The notes under the pieces were generated by a model. The model ran no database searches. It saw only the letters and a list, made by a program, of their open reading frames with translations, and was not told the origin of the DNA. Shown here in pieces: positions 15,552 to 23,373 of a DNA stretch of 32,000 bases; the stretch's first letter is position 1; the number at the start of each line of letters is the position of its first letter. The stretch covers positions 630,001 to 662,000 of the forward strand of contig OZ246396.1 in assembly GCA_965230905.1 (NCBI GenBank). The letters run 5' to 3'. The DNA comes from Candidatus Saccharimonadota bacterium. GTDB taxonomy: Bacteria > Patescibacteriota > Gracilibacteria > UBA1369 > 2-02-FULL-48-14. The position numbers and the translations under genes are program-made.

Positions 15552-15557
15552 TATAAT
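15552..15557 (+). promoter_or_regulatory. perfect -10 box (TATAAT) for the 435-aa ORF; weak -35
   Basis: TATAAT at 15552-15557 overlaps the first ATG (15556). This argues that the real start is the second ATG at 15574. Confidence 0.35.
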
Positions 15558-15573
15558 GTTTCTACTTTCCATT

Positions 15574-16863
15574 ATGGTTAAGAACAAAAAGAAAAAGCCG
15601 GTTCAAAAACTAGTCACTCGCCAGCGCGTGCAGGCTGCTTTGATGCTGGCTTTGGGGCTTTTGCTCCTGAACCAGACCATTCAGTTCTATAATATGAAGG
15701 ACGACTTGGCTTTTATAGACAGTCTTTCGGATACCAACAGCGACGTGCTTCAAGATTTGAGCCAAAGTAAGGAGTATTTGAGCAGTTTTGGCGACGACCT
15801 CAACGGCATTCGTGAATTTTTGCTGCTTCCTACTAAAAACTACACCTTTGACGATTTAGGGCAGGAAGTTCAGCTGTCTGAAGAGGAGGAAGAGGAGAAC
15901 GTCACCGCGCAGCTCTTTACGTATGTGGAAAAGTTGGGGACTTATGAACAAAATAAGGAACGTTATGATGCTAATTTGGCGGCTTTTAATACGGCAGTTG
16001 GCGAGGCTTACTGGAGTGAACAGGGGCTCACGGTGAGCAGCACGCAAGGTTCTGATGCCATGATTTTTTCTTTCACTGACGCCAGTTTGAACGGAGCGGA
16101 ACTTTTTTCTGTTGAACTGGGTTACGACGGGCTCTTCACGGTTGATTCTATGGATACGAGCTGGGAGTTTGATGACCGAGAAGTGGCGGAGAATACCGTT
16201 AAGGAACTGAAGTCTCTGGTGGACAGTGACCTGGAAGAATTGCGAGAACAGCTTAAAACTTTGGAAGCCAGCCGCAGTAGTGTGACGGCACTTTTGTCTG
16301 CACAGAGCGTGAAAGACGCACTGGCTAAACAAAATATGAGCGTGTCTATTGAACTCAGCTCGCCCAATGCCTACTACTATGAATTCAAAAACCAGGATGC
16401 GGAGCGTTTGGCTGAGTTGTCCATTGCTAAAGGAGATGGAGCGATTACTTTGAGCTTGATTGAGCCGATTGGTGACTATGAAAAGAGCATGGAACTTGGT
16501 GCCGATGCGGAGGCTAAGCTTACGGATGCTCTGAACAACGGGGTAGATGCTCGAAGTGAAGGGGTTAAGCTGGTGGATCAACGTGAGAAAGAAATGGAAT
16601 CCGTATTCGATGACCGCGCCTTTAAAGCGGTTTTGCAGGAGATGGAACTGCAGATGGGAGTGAAGAGTGAAAACGATGCGCGCATTTCGTACCCACTACT
16701 TCGAGTGGATGGACAGACCTTGCGAATTATTTACATCGACAAGGCGACTGGCGAAGTGAAAGTGGAAATGCCGGACGGCAAGGAATCTCAAACCCTTTCG
16801 ATGGCGATTGAAGCCATTGATCTGACAGGTAAAAAAAAACTTTCGACCCCTCTGTGGTCTTGA
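15574..16863 (+). CDS. hypothetical N-terminally membrane-anchored, acidic, probably coiled-coil protein
   Basis: ORF 15556-16863. I prefer ATG 15574 (MVKNKKKKP...). Basic N-terminus followed by the TM-like AALMLALGLLLL. The rest is Glu/Asp/Leu-rich with heptad-like stretches. No family recognised. Confidence 0.6.
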   Translation: MVKNKKKKPVQKLVTRQRVQAALMLALGLLLLNQTIQFYNMKDDLAFIDSLSDTNSDVLQDLSQSKEYLSSFGDDLNGIREFLLLPTKNYTFDDLGQEVQLSEEEEEENVTAQLFTYVEKLGTYEQNKERYDANLAAFNTAVGEAYWSEQGLTVSSTQGSDAMIFSFTDASLNGAELFSVELGYDGLFTVDSMDTSWEFDDREVAENTVKELKSLVDSDLEELREQLKTLEASRSSVTALLSAQSVKDALAKQNMSVSIELSSPNAYYYEFKNQDAERLAELSIAKGDGAITLSLIEPIGDYEKSMELGADAEAKLTDALNNGVDARSEGVKLVDQREKEMESVFDDRAFKAVLQEMELQMGVKSENDARISYPLLRVDGQTLRIIYIDKATGEVKVEMPDGKESQTLSMAIEAIDLTGKKKLSTPLWS

Positions 16864-17705
16864 GTTCTTCAGGGGAGATCGTGGATGATCCCACGCATTT
16901 CAATGTTCTGGTGATGGGAAAACACGGCAGCAATGTGGACACGATGATTTTTACGAATGTGGATAGCGAAACTCGGGAGATCACCATGATCAGCATTCCG
17001 CGTGATTTGTATTTCAACGGGCGAAAAATCAATGGAGTCTATGCGCAGTATGGAATTGAAGAACACGTGAGCTGGGTGGAAGAAGTGGTGGGGCAGGAGA
17101 TCGACAACTATATCCTTATAGATATGTATGTGTTCCGGGACGTGGTGGATTTGATGGGTGGAGTGGACATCACTTTGAAGGAGAATTTGATCGACCCTAC
17201 GTACAAAACTTGTGATGGAGATGTGTGTAGCACCTTGTACTATGAAGCGGGCGAGCATCATTTGAGCGGAACGGAGGCTTTGCGGGTGGCGCGTAGTCGG
17301 CACACCACATCGGATTATTCGCGCGCGGAACGGCAGCAGCTGATTTTGGAGGGAATCAAAGCCAAGGCCATGAGTCTGGGGATTGGAGATGCCAGCACCC
17401 TGATGTCCATTCTTTCTACGGTGATTGATTCTACAGAAACGGATATCTCTGTGGACGATGCGCTGCGTTACTATTTCCGTTACCAAAACTTTAGCCTGAG
17501 CAGCGGTTACGTTATTTCCACGGCCAATGTGCTCGATGCCGTTCCCGTTCCCGTGGGCTATGTGACTTCGCATCCAATTAAAACTTGTCTCGACGAAACC
17601 AAGCCAGAAACCTGTACTGAAACTTTTGCCATCGATACTTTGATGCCCACCGGGGGAGACTGGGGGCTGATTCGCGGCTATGTGGAGCAGATTTTGGCGG
17701 AGTAG
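16854..17705 (+). CDS. LytR-CpsA-Psr (LCP) family cell-wall polymer phosphotransferase domain protein
   Basis: 283 aa as given in the track, with a GTG start. FNVLVMGKHGSNVDTMIFTNVDSETREITMISIPRDLYF matches the start of the LCP core (SIPRD motif), as do ALRVARSRH and YSRAERQQ. No signal peptide or TM of its own. Confidence 0.8.
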   Translation: MVLSSSGEIVDDPTHFNVLVMGKHGSNVDTMIFTNVDSETREITMISIPRDLYFNGRKINGVYAQYGIEEHVSWVEEVVGQEIDNYILIDMYVFRDVVDLMGGVDITLKENLIDPTYKTCDGDVCSTLYYEAGEHHLSGTEALRVARSRHTTSDYSRAERQQLILEGIKAKAMSLGIGDASTLMSILSTVIDSTETDISVDDALRYYFRYQNFSLSSGYVISTANVLDAVPVPVGYVTSHPIKTCLDETKPETCTETFAIDTLMPTGGDWGLIRGYVEQILAE

Positions 17706-18482
17706 TTACTGTTTCTTTTCTCCCGCCCTCATGGTCAAAACCTCGTAGCTTTTTTCGGTGATGAGCAAAGTGTGTTCGTGTTGAATGGCCAGAGAGCCGT
17801 CGGCGGTGATGATGGTCCAATCGTCGTCGAGGGTTTCGATTTCAGGATCGCCCATAGAGATGATGGGTTCGATGGCGATGCACATACCAGGCACCAGTTC
17901 TTCGCCTTCGCCCGGATTCCCGTAATTGCACACGTAAGGTGGTTCATGGAGCAGGCGGCCGATGCCGTGGCCGGTGAGTTCACGGATGATGGAGAAGCCC
18001 GCGGCTTCCACCACGGTTTGCACTGCGTGGCCAATGTCTCCCACATGATTGCCGGGTTTGGCTTGGGCGATTCCTGCCCAGCAGGCTTTTATACAGGTAT
18101 CCACGAATTTTTGTACTTCTGGCAAAGTTTCGCCGCCCACCACCGCTGCAATAGCGGAGTCGCTGTTCATGCCGTCAATAATCACGCCGCAATCGATGGA
18201 GAGTATGTCTCCTTTTTGCATCGGGATTTTGTTGGGTATGGCGTGTACCACCTCGTCATTCACGGAGGTGCAGAGTATGTTGGGGTAGCCGTGGTAACCT
18301 TTGAAGGCGGGTTGTACGCCGTAGTGTTTAAAGAGTTCTTCCGCTTTGTGTTCAAGGTCCATGGTGCTCATGCCGGGTTCCAAATATTTTTCGAGATCCG
18401 CTAAAATCAGCGCAAGAAACTTGCATGATTCCCGCATGGCTTTGATTTGAGTCGGCGTTTTGATGCTTACTTTACCTCGCAT
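17706..18482 (-). CDS. map: methionine aminopeptidase type I
   Basis: 258 aa. IKTPTQIKAMRESC, metal ligands in DCGVIIDGMNSDSA, HGIGRLLHEPP, IEPII and EHTLLIT. Confidence 0.9.
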   Translation of the reverse strand: MRGKVSIKTPTQIKAMRESCKFLALILADLEKYLEPGMSTMDLEHKAEELFKHYGVQPAFKGYHGYPNILCTSVNDEVVHAIPNKIPMQKGDILSIDCGVIIDGMNSDSAIAAVVGGETLPEVQKFVDTCIKACWAGIAQAKPGNHVGDIGHAVQTVVEAAGFSIIRELTGHGIGRLLHEPPYVCNYGNPGEGEELVPGMCIAIEPIISMGDPEIETLDDDWTIITADGSLAIQHEHTLLITEKSYEVLTMRAGEKKQ

Positions 18483-19117
18483 GGAAAGTGGGGATTCAAG
18501 ACTTCAAAGCTGGCCTTTGTTACCGCCTCAATCGCTTGATTTCCATTCACCACGAGCATTTTTCCTTGAGCCTTGTAGGCCTCAATAACGGGAACCGTTT
18601 TTTGAAGGAAAGTGTCGAGGCGAACGCGAATGGCATCCGGTGTGTCATCTTGGCGGGTGATGAGTGTGCTGCCGTCTTTTTCGCAGGTTTCTGCGGTGAA
18701 CATGGCAGGGTAGATGGTTTTGCAAGTGGGGCAGATGCGGCGGGTTGTGAGACGCTTGAGCGCTTCTTCTTCGCTGAGTTCAATCAAAAGTCCCATGAAT
18801 GTGCGGCCTTCACGGGCCATCATTTCATCAAAGAGTTTTTGTTGGTCATCGCTGCGGGGAATGCCATCGAACAGGGCAGACTTGCCCGCTGGCAGATTTC
18901 GTAAAAAGTTCGCGATGATTTCCATCACTACTTCGGTTGGTACGAGGTTTCCTGCTTCAATAATGCCTTTCACTTTCTTCCCGAGTTCACTGTCTTCTGC
19001 AGCCAAGCGGCGGAGTTCAGCTCCCGTTTCAAAAATCTGAAGAGAACAGCGCTCTGCGATCAACTGACTTTGTGTTCCTTTGCCAGAGCCCTGAATTCCG
19101 AAGAGTACGAGATCCAT
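18467..19117 (-). CDS. adk: adenylate kinase
   Basis: 216 aa. P-loop GIQGSGKGTQ, FDGIPRSDDQ, and a lid with CPTC...CEKD. Confidence 0.9.
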   Translation of the reverse strand: MDLVLFGIQGSGKGTQSQLIAERCSLQIFETGAELRRLAAEDSELGKKVKGIIEAGNLVPTEVVMEIIANFLRNLPAGKSALFDGIPRSDDQQKLFDEMMAREGRTFMGLLIELSEEEALKRLTTRRICPTCKTIYPAMFTAETCEKDGSTLITRQDDTPDAIRVRLDTFLQKTVPVIEAYKAQGKMLVVNGNQAIEAVTKASFEVLNPHFPCEVK

Positions 19118-19139
19118 ATCACACTATTTTTAGGTGGTT

Positions 19140-19183
19140 GTGGCTTACGCCACGTTCTTGCTTAGCAAACCCTTCGGGTCTGC
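19140..19183 (-). other. two intercistronic stem-loops between secY and adk
   Basis: Minus strand: 3 nt after the secY TAA, GCAGACCC-GAA-GGGTTTGC (8 bp including a G-U). Then GTGGC-GUAA-GCCAC (5 bp, GNRA loop). No U-run follows. Confidence 0.5.
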
Positions 19184-19186
19184 CTG

Positions 19187-20509
19187 TTAGCCTTTATAGA
19201 AACGTTCGTAGTGATGCGTGAGAAGGTCAGCGTTCACGCGTCGGATCAAATCCAGAACCACACCTACTACGATGATGATTCCAGCTCCGCTCACCACCAT
19301 AGGCACAGAACCCATGCTGAATTGTGAGAAGATCATTTGAAGTACAATAGGGAGCACGGCTACGATGGCGATCATGGTTCCTCCGAAGAGGTTCAAACGG
19401 TTGGACACTTTAGCGAGGTATTCAGCGGTTTCTTTACCTGGGCGAAGACCAGATACGTACCCTCCACGTTTTTGAATGTTTTCAGCCACTTGGTCTGGGT
19501 TGAACACGATGCTTACGTAGAAGAACGTGAATCCAATAACCAGGAAGAAGTAGACACTGACGTAGGTCCAGCTGGTTCCGTTGAATTGAGTGGTGGCGAA
19601 TCGTCCGATGGATTTAACCCATTCGGAGTCTGCGTACAAAAGGAATTGTCCAATGATAGAAGGGAAGGTCACGAGTGAAACTGCGAAGATGATAGGAATC
19701 ATTCCGGCTTGGTTTACACGGATAGGAAGGAAGGACTGTTCCACTTTCCCTTTTCCACGTTGTCCCGCATAGGTAATAGGGATGCGGCGTTGTCCTTCGG
19801 TGAAGAGCACCACCACGAGTGTGAACAAGAGAGCGAAGAGCAATACGGCCACGAGAGGCAAGAGACGTTCAGGTTCTGATTGAGCCAAAGTCAGGGTAGG
19901 TCCAATGATGGTGGGCATGGACGCGATGATACCGGCAAAGATCAGCACGGAAGTTCCGTTTCCAATTCCTTTTTCAGTGATCACTTCTCCCAGCCACATC
20001 AGAGTCAAAGTACCTGCACAGATGGTCACCATGATGGGGAGCATCACAGACCAGTATTCCCAACCTGCTAAGCTTCCATCGATTCCTTCGATGATGGGCA
20101 CTTGAGCTTGAGAGTTGATGAGCGTGATCATTCCATAGGATTGAAGGAACGCGAGTGGCAAAGTGAGCCACCTTGTCCATCGGTTCATACGTTTTCGTCC
20201 TTGTTCACCTTCTTTTGAAATCTCCTCAAGACGAGGAACGATTACGGTCAAAAGTTGAACGATGATGGATGCGTTGATGTAAGGAGAAAGCCCCATCAAA
20301 ACGATGGAGAAGTTCTCGGAGCTACCCCCGGTGAGGAGGCTGAAAGCACCGAGCAAAGAGTTTTTGTCGAATACGTACTTGAGCGCATCAATGTTCACTT
20401 CTGGAACGGTGATGTGCGTCATGAAACGGTAAATCGCCACGATTCCCAAAGTGAAAAGAATCTTCTTGCGCAGATCCTTTGATTTCCAGATTTGCTTCAA
20501 TACTTTCAC
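19187..20509 (-). CDS. secY: preprotein translocase subunit SecY
   Basis: 440 aa with a GTG start. Ten hydrophobic segments. LGIVAIYRFMTHITVPEVN, GLSPYINASIIVQLL and GGYVSGLRPGKETAEYL are typical of SecY. Confidence 0.95.
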   Translation of the reverse strand: MKVLKQIWKSKDLRKKILFTLGIVAIYRFMTHITVPEVNIDALKYVFDKNSLLGAFSLLTGGSSENFSIVLMGLSPYINASIIVQLLTVIVPRLEEISKEGEQGRKRMNRWTRWLTLPLAFLQSYGMITLINSQAQVPIIEGIDGSLAGWEYWSVMLPIMVTICAGTLTLMWLGEVITEKGIGNGTSVLIFAGIIASMPTIIGPTLTLAQSEPERLLPLVAVLLFALLFTLVVVLFTEGQRRIPITYAGQRGKGKVEQSFLPIRVNQAGMIPIIFAVSLVTFPSIIGQFLLYADSEWVKSIGRFATTQFNGTSWTYVSVYFFLVIGFTFFYVSIVFNPDQVAENIQKRGGYVSGLRPGKETAEYLAKVSNRLNLFGGTMIAIVAVLPIVLQMIFSQFSMGSVPMVVSGAGIIIVVGVVLDLIRRVNADLLTHHYERFYKG

Positions 20510-20520
20510 AAGAGAAGTGG

Positions 20521-21003
20521 TTATTTAGTTTCCGTTTCGTCAGCGTCTGACTTCTTAACTCGCTTGGTTTCGAGCAAAGTGAGTTCTCCGCCAGCCTTTT
20601 CTACGGCTTTCTTAGCGCTGTCAGAAGCGGCGTGAACAGTGATCTTGAGTTTGAGCTTGAGCTCACCGGTTCCAAGCAATTTGATGTGTCCCTTTCGGTT
20701 CACAATACCCGTTTTGAGTAAGCTTTCTGCATTAACGGTGTCGCCGTCTTTAAATACGTCGAGTTGGTTTAAGTTCACGGTTCGGTACACGTCTTTGTTG
20801 AAGTTCTTGAATCCCTTCAGTTTAGGCATTCGGCGAACGAGAGGAGTTTGTCCTCCTTCAAAGGCTGCGCGGGATTTTGCTCCCGTTCGTGATCCGGCTC
20901 CTTTCACTCCTCGTCCAGAGAAGTTACCGCGAGTTCGTCCACGTCCGCGACGGATTTTGTCTTCGCGGCTACCAGGTGCTGATTTTAGGGTGTTGTGCTT
21001 CAT
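20521..21003 (-). CDS. rplO: 50S ribosomal protein L15
   Basis: 160 aa. GRGRTRGNFSGRGVKGAGSRTG and FEGGQTPLVRRMPKLKGF. Confidence 0.95.
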   Translation of the reverse strand: MKHNTLKSAPGSREDKIRRGRGRTRGNFSGRGVKGAGSRTGAKSRAAFEGGQTPLVRRMPKLKGFKNFNKDVYRTVNLNQLDVFKDGDTVNAESLLKTGIVNRKGHIKLLGTGELKLKLKITVHAASDSAKKAVEKAGGELTLLETKRVKKSDADETETK

Positions 21004-21006
21004 GAT

Positions 21007-21660
21007 TTAATCTTTTTTTAAGTTGGGCTTTGCCCCGTTAGGAGATTCCGTTTTAGGAGTTGGCTTGGTCATACGCTTGTCTGCGTTCACCATTACTTTG
21101 GCTTCGCTCTTAGACATTTTCTTAACTTCTGGGGCAGCACGGTCTTCACCGGCTTCTTGCTTAGCGTTCTTTTGCTTGTCCGTTTCCATATCAGGTCGGA
21201 GTCGGAGTTTGGTGAGCGCTTCGTAAGTAGCTTTAGCGGTGTTGATCTTGTTGTTAGAACCCAGAGACTTGGACAGAATGTTGTGCACTCCAGCCAATTC
21301 AAGGATCTGACGAACGGCTCCTCCAGCGATGATTCCAGTTCCTACGCTCGCTGGCTTCATCATTACTGAGGAGGCCTTGAACTTAACTTGGATCAAGTGA
21401 GGAATGGTTCCATTGTACACAGGTACCTTGATGAGTCGCTTTTTAGCCTTAGCCACTGCCTTTTGAATGGCTTGTTGTACTTCAGTCGCTTTTCCAATTC
21501 CGTATCCTACTGTTCCTTTTTTGTCACCAATCACTACCGTAGCTCGGAAACGAAGACGTCGTCCTCCTTTAACCACACGAGTCACACGATCAACTTGAAT
21601 CACGGCTTCTTCAAACTCTTTGACTTCTTTGACGAATGGTTTTTTTCCGGGTCTAGACAT
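21007..21660 (-). CDS. rpsE: 30S ribosomal protein S5 with a C-terminal extension of about 55 aa
   Basis: 217 aa. [39 protein letters not shown] core, then a Lys/Glu/Pro-rich tail. Confidence 0.95.
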   Translation of the reverse strand: MSRPGKKPFVKEVKEFEEAVIQVDRVTRVVKGGRRLRFRATVVIGDKKGTVGYGIGKATEVQQAIQKAVAKAKKRLIKVPVYNGTIPHLIQVKFKASSVMMKPASVGTGIIAGGAVRQILELAGVHNILSKSLGSNNKINTAKATYEALTKLRLRPDMETDKQKNAKQEAGEDRAAPEVKKMSKSEAKVMVNADKRMTKPTPKTESPNGAKPNLKKD

Positions 21661-21681
21661 AATAGTTATTAAATTTGGTGA

Positions 21682-22032
21682 TTAAAACGTGAGGCCACCT
21701 TCGCGAGCTCCGTCTGCAACGGCTTTCACGCGGCCATGATACTTATATCCGTTTCGGTCGAATACACAAGTGGTGATTCCGGCCTTAGTGGCTTTTTCAG
21801 CGAGTTCAGTACCTACTGCCATTGCACGTTCCAGCTTGGTTCCTTTCTTTGCCTTCATGTCGTGAGCGGCAGCCAAGGTTTTTCCAGATGCATCATCAAT
21901 GAGCTGAGCATAAGTGAACTTAAGGCTTCGGAACACAATGAGGCGAGGTTTTTCTGCAGCGCCTTCCACACGGGAACGAATCCGGATGTGACGGCGGGTG
22001 CGGTGCTCTGATTTGGATTTAGGACGTTTCAT
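21682..22032 (-). CDS. rplR: 50S ribosomal protein L18
   Basis: 116 aa. RRHIRIRSRVEGAAEKPRLIVFRSLKFTYAQLIDD and FDRNGYKYHGRVKAVADGAREGGLTF. Confidence 0.95.
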   Translation of the reverse strand: MKRPKSKSEHRTRRHIRIRSRVEGAAEKPRLIVFRSLKFTYAQLIDDASGKTLAAAHDMKAKKGTKLERAMAVGTELAEKATKAGITTCVFDRNGYKYHGRVKAVADGAREGGLTF

Positions 22033-22072
22033 ATGAGGCTTTAATAAGTTTAGTACAGTTCAGACAGGGAGA

Positions 22073-22087
22073 CTCGGCTCCGCCGAG
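22073..22087 (-). repeat. stop-proximal hairpin element, copy 2 (after rplF)
   Basis: Minus strand: TAA-CG-CTCGGC-GGA-GCCGAG, followed by TCTCCCTGTCTG...ACTAAAC. Confidence 0.7.
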
Positions 22088-22089
22088 CG

Positions 22090-22644
22090 TTATGCAGCAG
22101 CTTTAGCAGCAGCTTTACCGGCTTTACGACGGATATGTTCATCGGAGTATTTGATTCCTTTTCCTTTGTAAGGTTCAGGTTTTCGGAATTCTCGGATTTC
22201 TGCGGCCACTTGTCCAACCAATTGCTTGTCGATTCCAGAGATGTAAAGAATGTTTTTCTTCTCATCATCTATCTTGAATGTGATTCCAGCAGGTGTTGGG
22301 TAATCAATAGGGTGAGAGTATCCGAGGTTGAGTACGAGTTTTGAACCCTGTACTGCTACGCGGTAACCCACTCCATTGATTTCCATAGTCTTGGTGAAAC
22401 CCTTGGTCACTCCTTCCACCATGTTGGCGATGAGTGTGCGGGTTAAACCGTGCAAAGAATGTTGCATCTGATCGGTGATGTCAGCAAGAACCACGATTTC
22501 GTTTTCCTTGATCTCTACTTGAACCAAAGGATTGGCTTTGTAGCTCAGTTCTCCCTTAGGTCCTTTTACTACGAGCGTTCCATCATTTAAAGTAACGGTA
22601 ACTCCGGTAGGGATGACGACAGGTTTTTTTCCGATTCGTGACAT
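22090..22644 (-). CDS. rplF: 50S ribosomal protein L6
   Basis: MSRIGKKPVVIPTGVTV start at ATG 22644. The track's upstream ATG at 22671 adds a non-homologous MLLLITKLN that lies in the intercistronic motif. Confidence 0.95.
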   Translation of the reverse strand: MSRIGKKPVVIPTGVTVTLNDGTLVVKGPKGELSYKANPLVQVEIKENEIVVLADITDQMQHSLHGLTRTLIANMVEGVTKGFTKTMEINGVGYRVAVQGSKLVLNLGYSHPIDYPTPAGITFKIDDEKKNILYISGIDKQLVGQVAAEIREFRKPEPYKGKGIKYSDEHIRRKAGKAAAKAAA

Positions 22645-22672
22645 ATTTAGTTTAGTTATTAACAGGAGCATT

Positions 22673-22687
22673 CTCTGCTCCGCAGAG
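22673..22687 (-). repeat. stop-proximal hairpin element, copy 3 (after rpsH)
   Basis: Minus strand: TAA-CA-CTCTGC-GGA-GCAGAG, followed by AATGCTCCTGTTAATAACTAAAC. Confidence 0.7.
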
Positions 22688-22689
22688 TG

Positions 22690-23076
22690 TTAGTAGATCT
22701 CACATAAGTATTCTCCTCCAAGCTTTTGTTTGCGAGCCTGGTCACCGCTCATGATTCCCTTAGGAGTCGATACGATGGCAAGTCCCAAACCGTTGAGCAC
22801 TCGTGGAATCTCTTGAGACTTCACGTAGATGCGTTGTCCTGGCTTGCTTACAGACTTGAGGTGCAAATCTTGCTTGTTCTCAGGAATCTCGATGAGCAGT
22901 TCTTTAGCCACTCCTTCTCCGCTTGCTTTCACTTCGAGCACGTATCCTTTGGATTTAAGCACTTCACAAATGGAATGCTTCATCTTTGAATAGGGAATGC
23001 GCACGAGTGTTTTTCGCGCACGAGCCGCATTTCGGATGCGAGTGAGAAGGTCTGCTATTGGGTCGGTTACTGTCAT
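22690..23076 (-). CDS. rpsH: 30S ribosomal protein S8
   Basis: 128 aa. DPIADLLTRIRNAARA and C-terminal LGGEYLCEIY. Confidence 0.95.
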   Translation of the reverse strand: MTVTDPIADLLTRIRNAARARKTLVRIPYSKMKHSICEVLKSKGYVLEVKASGEGVAKELLIEIPENKQDLHLKSVSKPGQRIYVKSQEIPRVLNGLGLAIVSTPKGIMSGDQARKQKLGGEYLCEIY

Positions 23077-23119
23077 TTGATTCTTAATTAGTTGTTTAGT
23101 TGAGGGGAGAACAGGGGCG

Positions 23120-23134
23120 CTCGCCTTTGGCGAG
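23120..23134 (-). repeat. stop-proximal hairpin element, copy 4 (after rpsN)
   Basis: Minus strand: TAA-CA-CTCGCC-AAA-GGCGAG, extendable to 8 bp over 23118-23136. Followed by CGCCCCTGTTCT...ACTAAAC. Confidence 0.7.
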
Positions 23135-23136
23135 TG

Positions 23137-23367
23137 TTACCATGAAGACTTTTTGATTCCCATGAGGGTTCCGGCGCGAGCCATTTCACGGAAGCAAATA
23201 CGGCAGAGATCAAAGCGACGCATGTAACCGTGGCTTCGTCCGCATTTCCCACAACGATTGTAGGTGCGAACGGCTTGTCCAGGTTTAGGTGCGAGTCCGA
23301 GTGCAAGACGGTGTTTAACCGCGTTCTTGGCTCGAGCCGTTTTGATGATCAATGAAGTCTTTGCCAT
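23137..23367 (-). CDS. rpsN: 30S ribosomal protein S14, zinc-type (CxxC...CxxC)
   Basis: 76 aa. [25 protein letters not shown] and C-terminal GIKKSSW. Confidence 0.9.
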   Translation of the reverse strand: MAKTSLIIKTARAKNAVKHRLALGLAPKPGQAVRTYNRCGKCGRSHGYMRRFDLCRICFREMARAGTLMGIKKSSW

Positions 23368-23373
23368 GATGAA

